A DNA stretch of 62,890 nt, filler included, from Rhabdomonas costata (taxonomy: Eukaryota), in the NCBI GenBank assembly GCA_019059605.1. It is 55 parts of 55 records of this genome, joined end to end, with 100 filler letters (N's around TTAATTAATTAA, not from the genome) between each part and the next. Parts side by side here need not be neighbours in the genome. Positions count along the whole stretch, not along the records: positions 22,921 to 23,962 come from JAHMHO010031589.1; positions 24,063 to 25,108 come from JAHMHO010031590.1; positions 25,209 to 26,254 come from JAHMHO010031591.1; positions 26,355 to 27,400 come from JAHMHO010031592.1; positions 27,501 to 28,546 come from JAHMHO010031593.1; positions 28,647 to 29,692 come from JAHMHO010031594.1; positions 29,793 to 30,836 come from JAHMHO010031595.1; positions 30,937 to 31,981 come from JAHMHO010031596.1; 47 more parts are not named here. One strand, given 5' to 3'. Made by a program: the position numbers and the translations under genes. Numbering within the stretch: position 1 is the first letter of the stretch; every line of letters starts with the position of its first letter. The notes under the pieces were generated by a model. The model was not told where the DNA came from and did no database searches. It saw nothing but the letters and a program-made list of their open reading frames with translations. Positions 23,219-36,218 of this stretch are shown here, in pieces.

Positions 23219-24399
23219 GTCTCCTCCGTACTGCTGGGGAACGGAGTGAGAGGGGGGTGTCCAGGTGTCTGAGATGTGACAATTCACCGAACTCTGGCAG
23301 AACGTCTCAGTGATATTCAAAGAGATTATCGGCCCAAAAGCATACCCGTGCCTAGGAGTAGGTTTAGAGTGCCTTTTCTCCGGGAGAATTTCCAGAGCCC
23401 GCGCATTTTGTGTCCTGCCTCCGATATCCCCCTAAAACTTTCCTGTTAGCATTCATTGGGGACATCGCCTGATACCGAGTGTGTCCTATAAAATGTCCCA
23501 GTATGACTTTTGAAGTCAACGCATACCCCAGCCTCTACCCAGGGCACCAAGCTCAGAGCAACTTTCGTTCGAGAGTTTCGTGCTTCTCTGTATCTGTGCC
23601 GTGGACCAAGTTTGATAACTGTTACTACACAGCTTAGAGCAACATTTTGCTCAATAATCATATTGGGACATTTTATATGGGGCACCCGGTATCCTTTTCT
23701 TTAGAGGTTGTCTGGCACCCGTGTTAGCCAGATGACTTTGTGATATTGTGATGGGGGAAGTTGGTCTTAGCGTGCCATGCATCTCTCTTCTTAAGGAGCA
23801 CCAGGGAGCACCAGTGTAATTTGCGCACCTTTTCACATTGGAAGCGGATACCTGTCCCCCCCTCTCGGGTCCACCCTAAGCTTCGAATGCCCATTAGACT
23901 GAGTTGTCTCAGCCTCTTGATTCGGCTGAGGCGCACTCGGAATGCTTGAAGACCCCAAACCCNNNNNNNNNNNNNNNNNNNNNNNNNNNNNNNNNNNNNN
24001 NNNNNNTTAATTAATTAANNNNNNNNNNNNNNNNNNNNNNNNNNNNNNNNNNNNNNNNNNNNTTGTTTTGGTTTGCTTTCGTGTTCCTGGAAATTTTTGC
24101 AGAATGGTTTCTCAGGGTGGTGTTTGTTTTCGGTCGTCCAACTTCACGCGTCACCCAGTACCGCGCCTGAGCCGTTCGAAGCCATTGGCCCACATAGTTT
24201 ACTGAGGTCGCAATCACTGTGACTTTTTGAGCCTTATTAACCGAGGAGTCGTGCTTTGCGGTAACAGCGGGGCAGTGAGAGGTTTTCGTCACCTTAAACT
24301 GTATGAGAGTATTTTTTGCGATGGGTCGCTTGGTTTCATTGTGCAGCGGTGCCACGTGAACTGTGCTTTTGCACAGCTGCTGCGCGCGATATTATATAA

Positions 24400-25108
24400 G
24401 GCATAACTAAAAATGACGGGCCACAAGACAAAGGCGGAAGTCAAGAAGTAGTCACTGGAAGAAACCGTCTCGTACACAACACAACAACGCAATGAAAGGA
24501 TCAGCGTCAGGGAGGTTCTGACGCCACTGGAACTCCTTGACATGAGATGGTCAGTATATACCCCACCTCTTGCTCTGAGAAAGGTCTTCAGCGTACCCCA
24601 GGTTCCATCAATCCCCTGGGTGGACACTCGCTGCCCCCGAACAAACTCTCCACTGGAATGGTCAACAGAAGACCACATCAAGTGTCGCTCCCTGCAAAGA
24701 GACTCATAAGCGCAGTGTACAGGATAGAACCATCTGCAACTTTGTCCAATTTTGTCGTGGTTGATGTCACCACAGGTGTAACAACCTCTTCTCTTTTCTC
24801 TAACGAACGTTTGATTCCTGAAGGAAGCCTCAGCAAATGGACTCCCCAGGGCTTCTGCGCTCACCGCAACCCAACCACTCGACCTCGGAGAGCGGCAGTC
24901 CTTCCACCGTACCCGCAAGCCCGGGCTCGGGCTCACTGCCGGACGGCTCCGCTGTGGACGCGAGCGGCGGTTGCAGGTCCTCGTGTCCGTGCCACCGACA
25001 TGTTCCATGCTGTGAGTGGACACTTCTGTGTGAAAGCGTCCCTTCGCAGCTTTTCGAGGCTCAGCTGTTCTCTTTCTCTGCCGCCGTTTGAATCGTTTAA
25101 ACAACACC
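24400..25108 (-). mobile_element. Decayed Merlin/IS1595 (ISXO2-like) DDE transposon, 3' part with candidate terminal inverted repeat
   Basis: AYESL..VDHSSGEFV..VSTQGIDGTWGTLKTFLRARGGVYTDHL, then after a frameshift VKEFQWRQNLPDADPF. GG-starting end at 24400 next to TTATATAA. Confidence 0.82.
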
Positions 25109-25479
25109 NNNNNNNNNNNNNNNNNNNNNNNNNNNNNNNNNNNNNNNNNNNNTTAATTAATTAANNNNNNNNNNNNNNNNNNNNNNNNNNNNNNNNNNNN
25201 NNNNNNNNTTTTGTTGGTGATCTTTTCTGCTGACAGAGAAGATCACCGCAAAGCAAAAGGAAAAGCTGCACATGACTTGTGCAGAGCTGGGCTCATTTAA
25301 TGAACAGACCATCGTGTTGGGATGAGTGTTGGGTTAAGGTGAGGGTGACCAGTTTTTTTTAGATGAAAGGAATAGTAGACGTGGAGGTCCGTTCCAGTGG
25401 GCATTCCAGATATACCACTCAGCGCGGCTGGCATTGGTCGGTGTTGCGGCAGAGGCAAGGGGGGCGGGGGAGTGGACAC

Positions 25480-25623
25480 CTCCTCCGCCTTGATACTCCA
25501 GTGGGTCACCTCGTGGATGAACAGGTTCCTCACCACGCCGTACTTCGCAACCTCAGCGTGGATCTCGTTCTTCAGCTCCGCGTCGACCTCCCCTGGCCCC
25601 ACCAGGTTACGCAGCAGGACGAC
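25480..25623 (-). CDS. RBM17: Splicing factor 45 (SPF45/RBM17) UHM-domain exon
   Basis: VVLLRNLVGPGEVDAELKNEIHAEVAKYGVVRNLFIHEV matches the SPF45 UHM consensus (PUF60 is less likely). 144-nt exon bounded by AG and GT. Confidence 0.75.
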
Positions 25624-26399
25624 CTGTGGTCCGAAAAGGTTACAACGCACACATGTCACAGTGGAGAGAGAGCGAGAGCCAGAGGAACAAAAAAGCGGGA
25701 GCCAGCGTTGCTGGCAAAGGGTTTGAGCAGACCCTGCCTCAGAATCTTACAAGGCACCATTTGGAAACGACTCAACTCCTATTCAGTTGTTTCAGGCGTT
25801 GGATCTTGCTCACCTGAATAGTGAGCAGCGGTCATCAGTCAGCATCGCACGGGCGTAGGAGAAGCAAGGTTGAGAGGGCAACCGTGTTGGAGAAGGGTCA
25901 AAAATGGCGTATGGGGCCGCATCCGACCTTCTGACCCGCCACAGAATGGAGATGGGCATAACATTAAGAAGAAAAACGAATCCCAATTCTTAACCGCAAA
26001 GCAGTGCCACGGTAGACCAAGCAAAGAAAATCGGCCGACTCCACACAGAATCAGATCAAAGCGGACATATGGGATACCGCTGTGGTAACACCGCGCTGGG
26101 ACACAAAGTGCACGTATCTGTGCAAGTGCGCACTGCCACGTCGCGGAGCTTAGGGTCCACTCTCTGATGGGCGTCCTCCAGCACACACATCAGGTCCCAC
26201 GCAATACTGCGATGATCCCCCGCCCCCAAAGAAAAGTACCCATACTACAAACCANNNNNNNNNNNNNNNNNNNNNNNNNNNNNNNNNNNNNNNNNNNNTT
26301 AATTAATTAANNNNNNNNNNNNNNNNNNNNNNNNNNNNNNNNNNNNNNNNNNNNTGTGGTGGTTGCGATTGATGAATCAGAATCAGGTGGCGAAAACTC

Positions 26400-27000
26400 A
26401 AGTGATAACAAGAGCTCTTGACAAGTTGACAGAGATTACGAACCAAGAGAGTGCAGTTCGAGAGACACAGTAGCACTGATGAAATTGCAGGAACGTGGCC
26501 CAGAGTTCCCGCCATACGATGGTAACCCAGAGAATTTCCTGCCATTGATAATTACGTTGGAGGAGAAAAAGATGAACCGGCGTCTTTCTGACAAAGTTAC
26601 AATCATGTTTGCGGTCGGAGCGATGGGACAGCACGCTGGAGGCACAGTGGGGGACGCTCAGGCGTTTGAGACGTGGGACGATTTTGTAGATTACTTGAAG
26701 ACCAGGTTCTGTTCGGACACTTTTGAGTGCAACATTTTGTGGAGATTGGATAAGTATTTCGTGTATCACTGGGAGCCAAGCTACTGAGAGGTTGTACTTT
26801 TGTTCATGACTTGCACTTGAGGTACCTATTCATTCAAGTGTTGGAGACAGAGATGCAGGCAGAGCTGATGACGAAAAAGCTTTTAAGTTTGCAGGGAAAC
26901 GTTGATGCTGATGTTGATGATCATTGTTGTCTCTCCGCCAGCAGAGAAAGCGACAGCGAAACCGACAGGAATGGAGCTAGATTACATGAGATACGGCAAC
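26400..27000 (+). mobile_element. Decayed Ty3/Gypsy gag fragment
   Basis: PEFPPYDGNPENF..TWDDFVDYLKTRF and the PTGMELD (P.PMELD) gag motif. Stops and frameshifts present. Confidence 0.75.
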
Positions 27001-28667
27001 TCGCCGTTTGGAGGGGCGCGGTACTTCGACCAACCACCCGTACAAATTCAATCACAAGATTCAGAGAGTGCGTTGGTGGTCAGTGCAAGATCGAGGGGCC
27101 TGAGTGTGACGTCGGTTGACTGTGGTTGGGACGCCATGATATCAGGAACTTTTCTGGGGCGATCGCGTCTCCTCCCAGAGTGGTGCTGTTTGTGGAACGT
27201 GGAGAGGCGCAATCCAACGCAGTTAGGACCCCGTCACCTAGACCCCCATACCCAACGACCAGAGTTTACCCCAGGGGAAAGATTTTTAAGCAGGTGAAGA
27301 GGAGGAGTCCACAGAACCGTTTCACCGGTTAGAGACAGACGGTAGACAGGTGATGGGACAGAGGTCTATCTTGTCAAGATCACCGGCGACAACAAACCCC
27401 NNNNNNNNNNNNNNNNNNNNNNNNNNNNNNNNNNNNNNNNNNNNTTAATTAATTAANNNNNNNNNNNNNNNNNNNNNNNNNNNNNNNNNNNNNNNNNNNN
27501 GGTTGGGTGGGAATTCGACACCCCTCCACTCTCCCTTCACACTCCCCTCTTGCATCTCCAGGCCTCAGGCATCGGTAACATACTCGTGTCACCTTGCAGC
27601 AGAGGTTGGGCTTACGTCACCAACACGCATCCTGCCATCATCCATCGCTGGAGTGGGGTCATGCAGTGGTGGAGTGCCAACATGCAGTACCTTGCTCACC
27701 TTGTAGGGTTAGGGTCGGTAGCTTTCACCCTCTCACGTTGCATGCTGGGCTCCGCTGGACCATCCCACCTTCCACTACAAGGGGGCCTGGGATGCATCAC
27801 CCTATGGATGTTGGCATCGAGGCATCGGGTTGACGCTACACCATGACATCACGGAGGGTGGAAAGAGTGAAGCTGAAGCTGAAGCAACGTACCGGGCATG
27901 TCGGTCTCGGCGACCTCCACTACGGCACATCGACCCCAGAGGCATTCATAGAGTACACTACGCATGAAGGAGGTGAAGTGGGTCAGAGGAGGAGGCGGAA
28001 GAAACACACGATCGGGCTCATCGCTACGACACGAATGCCAACCGGTGCACTCTCTCCACCACCACTCCTCGCCACGACAACCATCACGACATAGTCATCA
28101 TCATCATAGGGTGTAGCATGTGTGATATGTGTAAGGTCCGTTAGCGGGGGGTGTCCAAAAGATGTTCGGTCGGTAAGTCCGAGCATCAAGGAACCTCTCA
28201 CCACGACAACCCTACACATAGCCACCACGTGACGGTCTACTAACTGGGTAACCATGCCCCAACGTTGGACCACCGCACGATGACCGCATGTTCGTACCGA
28301 CACCACACACAACCGGACCTTCTACAAGATGTGTACGACCTGCGACGTCACCGCTGGAAGGCAGATAGTGTAGATGCAGACACCACGGTCGTAGGTATGG
28401 CACGAAGCGCAGAAAGCACCCAGCTGATGGTGGTCTGACCCACCTTCTCCACGTGGTGCCAACAACCCTCCTGATCCCAACCAATGAACGCACTCCATCC
28501 CAACTGTCTCGCCCTGGTCTGACGCTGTACCAAACCACCAAAACAANNNNNNNNNNNNNNNNNNNNNNNNNNNNNNNNNNNNNNNNNNNNTTAATTAATT
28601 AANNNNNNNNNNNNNNNNNNNNNNNNNNNNNNNNNNNNNNNNNNNNTTGTGTGTTGTTTTGCTTTGT

Positions 28668-28704
28668 TGTGCTGTGCTGTGCTGTGCTGTGCTGTGCTGT
28701 GCTG
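28668..28704. repeat. (TGTGC)n microsatellite
   Basis: About 7 tandem pentamers. Confidence 0.9.
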
Positions 28705-29506
28705 GGTTACGTTGTGGTGTATGTGTGTTGATCGCGGACCCGGAACATCGCCCGGCATCGCCGACAGAGGTGGTAAGCCTGGGCGGAGCCCTCGGTGTCC
28801 TCGAGAGATCCCTCCATCGCGTCCATCCTCAGGGGAGGGGGCCCTAGCTCACAGTTTTTGAAGAGTGAAGACCATCAGATGCGCGGGCGTAGCCACATGC
28901 GCAGAATAACAAGAACATCAAAACGGACACAGAACACAGCGACTTCATGAAACCGGGGCAAAAACTTCCAAAACCCCGCAATACAGGCACCCTATTGTTG
29001 TGTGTGAGGGGGGGATTGGGCACTGAATCTCCACGCCGACAAGTTTTGCTTTTGATTGACAGCGTTGACGAACACCGCTGAGGGTCCCTCGAAAGAGCGC
29101 ACCCTTCCATTCACGTCAAAAGCACACGCGACCTTCCTTCTTTTCATAATTCATTTCGAAAAATTTCCGCAGAAGCAGACGTCTCTGTCAAAGAACAATT
29201 CCGGGCGTCTGGTGGCGCAAGCCGAGATGCCAAAAAAACAGCCAGAAATGAACAAATTAAGGCAGGTACCGCACAAAACATGGGAAGATTGGTTGGTGGT
29301 GCCTGACTTGAGATTCGGTCTCTTTATGAAAACAAAGAATGAAGGCCAAGAAACCAACATTCTACCGACACGGTACCACAGGGTCGGAGCTCTTATCAAT
29401 ACACAGAGGTAACACTCATCACGACCAAACACTTTGCTCAAGCGAAAATCTTCCTTCAGCCTCACGCAATCACACTGCTCGCTTTCACCAGCAGCCACGG
29501 CGTCGC

Positions 29507-29692
29507 TCAGTCCTTGCTCATCAGTAGCGCTACCCCGGCAAGGATCCACTTGGTGGGGGGCTCGGAGGAGCGGAGCTGCGCGGTGAACGAGTAAGCCGGC
29601 CCTCGGGCACGCGTGAGGTACACCGGGCAGTCATAGACGTTCTTTTGGTCCCTCCCACCTTCCGCAGTGACACGAGGCAGAGAACAACCCAC
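29507..29692 (-). CDS. Axonemal dynein heavy chain C-terminus (outer-arm beta-like)
   Basis: YDCPVYLTRARGPAYSFTAQLRSSEPPTKWILAGVALLM-stop matches the dynein heavy chain C-terminal Y.CPVY.T..RGP...KW.LAGVALL motif. Confidence 0.92.
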   Translation of the reverse strand: MGCSLPRVTAEGGRDQKNVYDCPVYLTRARGPAYSFTAQLRSSEPPTKWILAGVALLMSKD

Positions 29693-30303
29693 NNNNNNNN
29701 NNNNNNNNNNNNNNNNNNNNNNNNNNNNNNNNNNNNTTAATTAATTAANNNNNNNNNNNNNNNNNNNNNNNNNNNNNNNNNNNNNNNNNNNNGGGGGTTG
29801 GGGCTTCGAACGGATAGTGCCCTTGAAATGCGCACAAGCGTTTTCATTTCAAATAGTTTAGCGCTCTTTAACACTTTGGCAGTTAGCTTGCTGAGCATCG
29901 GCTAGGCAGCGAGAAATGCGTTTCACGTAAGCACCGCCTCGCTAGCGTCGTTCATCTTCGAGTTATGAGTCTCTCACGAATGACGAGTAGTGTTGTGCAC
30001 CTCAGGGGGGTCATATATGTGTAAAGCATGTAACACTCCAACAGATGGAGAATAGTGCGTTAACGAGTTTTATTGGGTTTTTGGTGACCTTCAACCGCTG
30101 GCTATTGCCGCGTTCGGTCTTGTTTGTTTGACCGATAATTTCCAGGTTCTGAGGTTCTGAGGTGTTCCTGCGATGTCTCTCCAGTATAAGGCCCATTACC
30201 ATAAACACATGGCACCGGCTTTTTCCCTCGTGGTAGTATCCCTCGCCCCGGAACACCTGGAACATTCCCTGCCTGGCCTTATTATTTTTTGGGTACGTTA
30301 CAG

Positions 30304-30836
30304 GCGGTCTTCCTGGAGTGGGCGGAGGGTCTACGGGAGCAGAAGGACCAGCAGCAGCGAAATCTTTCCGATTTGCGGTGCGTCCGACTCTGCCACATGT
30401 CTGTCTTGGTGCATGCTACGATCCCCCTTCCTCCACACCATCAAGTTTCTGCAATTCCATATGCCCATCTGAAAGAGGGGGGCAGGTGATTCAGTCTGCG
30501 CTGTCTATCTATTTCGGGTTTTACCCCAAACTTGGGGCTTCAGCTTCACCAATGTACGAATCACGCCAAACTGGGGAGGCACTGATTGAATTTTAAGCAC
30601 ACAGCCCTCCATCCTTATTCGAAACCTCGTTGTCTTCCCTTCGTTCTTCCGGTTATCTGCTATAAGGGTCCTCGTATTTGAACGCAGGCTGTAGCCCCTT
30701 TTGGTTTTTGCTGTCCAGGGAGATGCGGAAGACGACCTTGGACCGGCGCCAGCAAAGACAGGACACTGTGGACGCTGAGCAGCGCACTTTCGCCGCGGTG
30801 GAGCTGCAGCGAACCTGGCGCGGCTTTGTTGCGCGG
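30304..30836 (+). CDS. IQ-motif coiled-coil protein, two exons (30304-30377, 30719-30836)
   Basis: A phase-2 GT-AG intron (30378-30718) joins ..NLSDLR|EMRK..; the exon ends AAVELQRTWRGFVAR, an IQ motif. Confidence 0.75.
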
Positions 30837-31328
30837 NNNNNNNNNNNNNNNNNNNNNNNNNNNNNNNNNNNNNNNNNNNNTTAATTAATTAANNNNNNNN
30901 NNNNNNNNNNNNNNNNNNNNNNNNNNNNNNNNNNNNCGAATATGAGAATTCCCCCAGATGTAGGGCATGAATTCTTGAATTGTCCGAGGTCCTTCAGGTG
31001 TCATGGTATGTAATTCGTTCCAATGTATCGTTGTGTCCAGTTCGCTCCCAGTCGGTGCACGCACCTGGTGTGCGTGCGAGCAAGCTAGCGAATAACCAAT
31101 TTCAAGCATTCCCGCTCTTGTGCTCAAGCCAACACCTCGAGCGGGTCTAATTTCTATCGCGGACGACTCCACAAGGAAAAGGAGACACCCTATCAGGCAC
31201 ATATACCACAGGCAGTAAATTGCATAGCGTTCTCACCACTCCATTTTGATACAGAAAACGCAATCGTGTTTTTTTTCCAAAGAGCGAGTTTAAGCATGGC
31301 TTGGTGGAAGAGAGAGAATGAAGCACAC

Positions 31329-31643
31329 CTTTCCGGGGTTTCGTTCACCCTGAATGGATACTGCAGGTGTTCAAGCCATTCGCTAAACGGCAGCATGCTC
31401 TCCTGGTTCACCTCTTCCTTTTTCTGTGGTGGTTGCTCTTCCTTCCTCTCAAACTCCTCTTTTTTCTTCCCTTTCCCTTTATCCTTCCCCTGCTTCTTTT
31501 TCACCTTCTCCTTCGCTTTCTCCTTGTCCTTCTCTTTATCTTTCTCGTTCTCGTTCTCCTCCTTCTCGTCCGCCTTCTTTTCCCCCTGCTCCTTCTCGAC
31601 ATTCTGGGCTGCTTCTCGCTTCTTTTCATTGGCGTGATTCCAC
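31329..31643 (-). CDS. Lys/Glu-rich low-complexity exon of an unknown protein
   Basis: 315-nt open stretch bounded by AG and GT: ANEKKREAAQ..EKDKEKDKEK..EWLEHLQYPFRVNETPER. Confidence 0.55.
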
Positions 31644-32311
31644 CTTCACGAAAAGGTGAAAACAGCGTAAGGACAACAGCTCGAAACGTAAGCAGAAGAG
31701 ACCATTCGTCACTTCCATTGTCGAGAGGGCCAGGTGAAAAATTCCACCGGAAATTATTGAGGAAAAATTTCCCCGGAATCCTGGGAAGCGTGCATCGCCT
31801 GCTGCTCGCTTATCCCTAATGCGGCCCGAACTAAGTTCAACATTCAACTCGTTTTCGTCAATACGGGGCATAGAGAGCCGCGGCATATCTCCCGAAACGC
31901 TGGGTGGTCCGACCGAGACTGGTTCGACCTAAACGATACACTTGCGACCAGCGACAAGCTCGATCTCAGACACAAAAAAAANNNNNNNNNNNNNNNNNNN
32001 NNNNNNNNNNNNNNNNNNNNNNNNNTTAATTAATTAANNNNNNNNNNNNNNNNNNNNNNNNNNNNNNNNNNNNNNNNNNNNTGTGTTGAGTGTGTTTAGG
32101 GTGGGAGTCGAAAAGATCTGGCAGAGACCTTCCTGAAGAAGAACGGGGTGTTGTTTTCCTGATTTGGGTTTGCGAGTTCCTGCACAAATAAGTGTTGCAG
32201 GGCCCTGCCCTCAACCTGTGAGTGACACCCACCCCACCCACCTACACACGCACACACACAGGAGGTTCCGCGGAAGAGGGCAGGAATGGCCCCCAACGCA
32301 ACTATAGAGTG

Positions 32312-32654
32312 ATGTGCTGGCACGGCAACACCTAACGCCTGTAGATACCGTGCTGCCCGTTCACCCATTCGAAAGAAAAGCTTAAAGGGTCGTTCCCGCG
32401 AGCAAAGGCCTCAGCCCCCCAACGAAGGAGTGTGGAGTCTCAGAAACTGGAGCAGCAATGCAGGTAGCCGCCAGAAAGGAGCAGCTGCACGACAATGGCC
32501 CGGGACCCATGAGGCAGAAGGGAGGTTACCATATGTGGAACGTTCGGCGGTGAGCCGATTCCGGTTCCCCACGACACCGTTTGCTCCAACGGTACCTCTC
32601 GCAAGCACCCGTGGCCAACAGCGCGTACGCCCGTCAGTCCACAGTGGTCACCAA
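32312..32654. repeat. Dispersed repeat of about 340 bp, copy A
   Basis: Aligns co-linearly, same orientation, with 36219-36560 on another contig (roughly 80% identity by eye). Confidence 0.9.
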
Positions 32655-33949
32655 CAAGCAAGCAACCAGTCAACCAGGCAACAGCCAACAATCAGGCAAC
32701 CAGGCAACACTACACGGGGACAAAGTTGTTGAACCCCTTCGAAAAACTGCCTTTTATTTTGCTGGGGGCACACATACACACCTGTCTCGACAGGAAATGT
32801 GCGGGGCACAACCTCTGCATAGGGAAAGCGTCGGTTTTGAGCTCTCGGAATAGGGAGAGATTATATAGTCAGGCAGGTATCGTACTAGTCACCCACTAAT
32901 AATAGGGGAATGATAGGGGTGCGGCTGGTGTTGGCGGTGGTCTTGGCTCGGGACCAGATGAAAGGGGTATGGTTCCCTCGGTGTGTTTGGTGGTCTGATG
33001 GAAAAGAACCTGGTGTTCCTCGATGTGTTCTGACATGGCTTTCGACTGCCGCGATCCATCGCCTTGATCCCCAACTCACAAAAAGGTTGTGGTGGCTCTG
33101 TCCGCGGCAGCCTCCCTGGGGACCTTCNNNNNNNNNNNNNNNNNNNNNNNNNNNNNNNNNNNNNNNNNNNNTTAATTAATTAANNNNNNNNNNNNNNNNN
33201 NNNNNNNNNNNNNNNNNNNNNNNNNNNGTGTGTGGGTGCGCTGGTGGTCGCGGTTGCGACGGCTTTTTGTGCGCAGAGCGACAGTCCTTCCCGCGCGTGA
33301 TGCGCGACAGCACAGTGATCGTGTTCCCCCCCTCTTTTCCTTGTACGGCTGCTTGCACAACAGAAACCGATGTTATATCTGCGTCGCAGGTTGTCGTCCT
33401 GTTGAAGTTATGCTTTGCTTTTATTTTCGTTTCGTGAGTTGGCAATCCTTCCTGCCTTCTCGCTGCGACCCCGAAATCCCTGGTTCTTGGCCTTGGGTTG
33501 TGTCATGGCGTCGTTGGTTGTTGGGTGGATGGCTGTTGGTTTTTGGTCTCATGGTTGGTCTGGCTCTGTGTGTTGTGATGCGATGGTTGGTCTGCTTGGT
33601 GCGATGGTTGGGCTGTGTGTCGGAGTGTGGGCTTAGGATTGTCGATGCTGCTGTGGGGGCGGTGTTGGTGCTTGGTCATTGCTGTCTGGCGTCGTGGGGT
33701 GTCGTGGTGACCGGTGTCCGGTGTCCGATTTTGGTGGGGTGGTGATTCTCGAGTGAGTGGTGCATTGGCTGTATGGATGTGGGGATGTGTGTCAGGGTGT
33801 GGGTTTTGGTGTGTGCGTGACTTTTGGTGTAGGTGGCTTGACGGTGGGTGGTTGTTCATGGCGTGTTCGTGTCTTGGCTGTTGTGACTGTGGAGTGTGCG
33901 TGGAGTGTTGCCGTTCCTGGTGGTTACTTTTGGTGTTGGTGCGTGCCAG

Positions 33950-33952
<3 letters not shown>

Positions 33953-34002
<50 letters not shown>
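33953..34002. repeat. (AC)25 microsatellite
   Basis: Seen directly. Confidence 0.97.
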
Positions 34003-34004
<2 letters not shown>

Positions 34005-35522
34005 CGGGTATAACTCCTAGTAGTAGTAGTGGTGGTGGTGGTGACCAACCAGTCACCGGATGCTGGTGCTAGCGTTGATGTCAGCTATCCCTACGGTGTT
34101 GGTGGTGGTTGACGGAGCCAGCAGTTGTGTTGATGCTAATATCCCACTGTAATGGTGATGCTAGTACTCAATGCTAACTGTGGTGGTTGATGTTGCTACC
34201 CGTTGATGCTGACCAATGGATGCAGGAACTGCTTTGCCTTGCCTCCAAAGCCTTCTTGGCTACACCCCGTAGGGGCNNNNNNNNNNNNNNNNNNNNNNNN
34301 NNNNNNNNNNNNNNNNNNNNTTAATTAATTAANNNNNNNNNNNNNNNNNNNNNNNNNNNNNNNNNNNNNNNNNNNNGGGTGGTGGTTTGGCATCCGAAAG
34401 CACCTGAACTGCGCCCGTATTTTTGATTTTGGGTCTCTCATGTTTGGTAAGAATTTTTTGTTAGGTGTGCACTAGCATCAATTTGAGTTCGCCATATAAA
34501 AGTGTCCGCGCAATTTGATGTGTTGCAATTGCTTCTGACCTTCTTCAACAGAGGTGTTCCTTCAGTTGCCTAACTGTTTTATTGCTGTGCAAAATTGGTG
34601 CTTTTCCCGCACCACTCCAACCGTTGTGGGGTGCTTGGTGTTTTCCCCCTGCCTGTTTTTTTGTGTGCTATTCCTTGCACCGAGCATTGCCGCCCCCCTT
34701 CCTCGTTGCTGGGCACTGTTTGGTTTTTTGCCTTGGATGTCGTCAGTGCCCACTCCGATCTTCTAAGACCTCCAACGCGGAGGACGAAGGTGTGCATACC
34801 TGTGTGTATATACATGTGTGTATGGTTTGGACAGCCCCCTTGCTGTCGTTGAACTGAATGTTTCTGTTCTCGGGCGTTTGTGTTAACGGATTTTAGTAGC
34901 TCCTTTGGTCCATTTTATTGCCCTGTTGACTTCAGTCCCGAGAGGCTGTGGACGATTGTGGGGCTGCAGCGACTCTTTAGAACCCCCCTCTCCTTGCTGT
35001 TCTTGCGTTGATGTTGATGCGGAGTGGTGTGAGGTTGAAACTCGACCACCCGCAAGCCCCTTTTGGTTCACCTCGTGAACCACAAATGTGCAAAGCGACC
35101 CTGCGTTTACGAAGTTCTCTTGTCCTCCTGCAGCTCCGCGTTCCTGAATTTCCCTTCGCTCTCTGCGGTTTTACTCTCTGTGCTTAATTGTGCCTTGGAG
35201 GATGCTGTGATGTGTGTGTGTGTGTGTGGCAGAAAAAGACTTCAAACCAATGGACGCTTGCACCGTGAAGTGAGGACGTCTTCTTTGTTCCTCTGAGCCT
35301 AACTCCTGCATAGGGATTGAATTACATGAGACCCAGAGGCCAGTCACACTCCCGAGTTGTGCCCACACCCTGGGATACTTTCTAAAGATCCTATTCCCAT
35401 TCGCAGTCAGTTCACAAAAACANNNNNNNNNNNNNNNNNNNNNNNNNNNNNNNNNNNNNNNNNNNNTTAATTAATTAANNNNNNNNNNNNNNNNNNNNNN
35501 NNNNNNNNNNNNNNNNNNNNNN

Positions 35523-35929
35523 GTGGGTGGGGGGTTCCTGGGGTTCTACCTGACCTACGTGCAGAGCCAGCAGAGCCTGCGGGACATTGCGGAGGTGGAC
35601 ATGCAGGAGGCCGCGCACAGCGTGATGAACGTGATTGTTTCGAAGTTTGAGATTGGGCACATGCTGAACTACGCGGAGTCAATGTACTTCCGGCAGGCAG
35701 GGCTTCGGATGGACAGCTTTGCGAATGCGATGAAGTATTGGTGGCCTTTGACGGTTCCGCACATGCTTGGAGTGGTGGATACGTACTACGCGTCGACGTT
35801 GATCTGGCCTGGGCTTCCCGGGCATGGGCGGTTGGTTTCGTTCGGGCCTTCTGTGATGCTTGCGCAGTTCATCTCGCTGAACGCCACGGTGTGCAACGAC
35901 ACGGTGAACTTCCCGGGCAGCAACTGCAG
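35523..35929 (+). CDS. N-terminal TM plus extracellular sensor exon, probably a receptor-type cyclase
   Basis: GGFLGFYLTYVQSQQSLRDIAEVDMQEAAHSVMNVIVSKF shows the TM plus long helix that opens Cache-type sensors. Strong coding bias; GT donor at 35930. Confidence 0.5.
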
Positions 35930-36218
35930 GTTGCGCTGAATGGATCGGGAAGTGTTTAGTTCTGCACATGTGTGGAACGGGTTGTGAGATGGTGTATGGT
36001 TTGAGGTTGAGGGCAGTAACTCATTCGATTCGTTGCGGTACACATCGAGAGTGGTGTCTGATGCGGCGAAGAAGGCACAACGGCGAGTCAAGCACGTGCA
36101 GTGTGGTTGTTATCATGCACGATGCGTGTCTGTGCGTCGAGGCACGTGAACAACGGAGAGAATGCGGCGTGCGTTTGGCTCCGCGCGCGCGCACACACAC
36201 ACACACGGACCAGGAATA

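Noticed and set aside
19483-25108. Polymerase, integrase, ART and transposase as one large mobile element or defence island
   Set aside because: They lie on separate contigs joined only by artificial spacers.
25216-25248. 14-bp stem hairpin resembling a rho-independent terminator
   Set aside because: Eukaryotic intronic context at a contig start; probably another small fold-back.
27704-27717. TAGGGTTAGGG as telomeric repeat
   Set aside because: Only two units, internal to the contig; expected by chance.
33430-33505. tRNA or SINE-like 3' half (CCCTGGTTC..GGG)
   Set aside because: No GTTCRA box B and no cloverleaf or acceptor stem could be built.
33230-34056. Long ORFs with CVCVCV or HTHTHT runs
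   Set aside because: Translations of the microsatellite and G/T-skewed low-complexity DNA.
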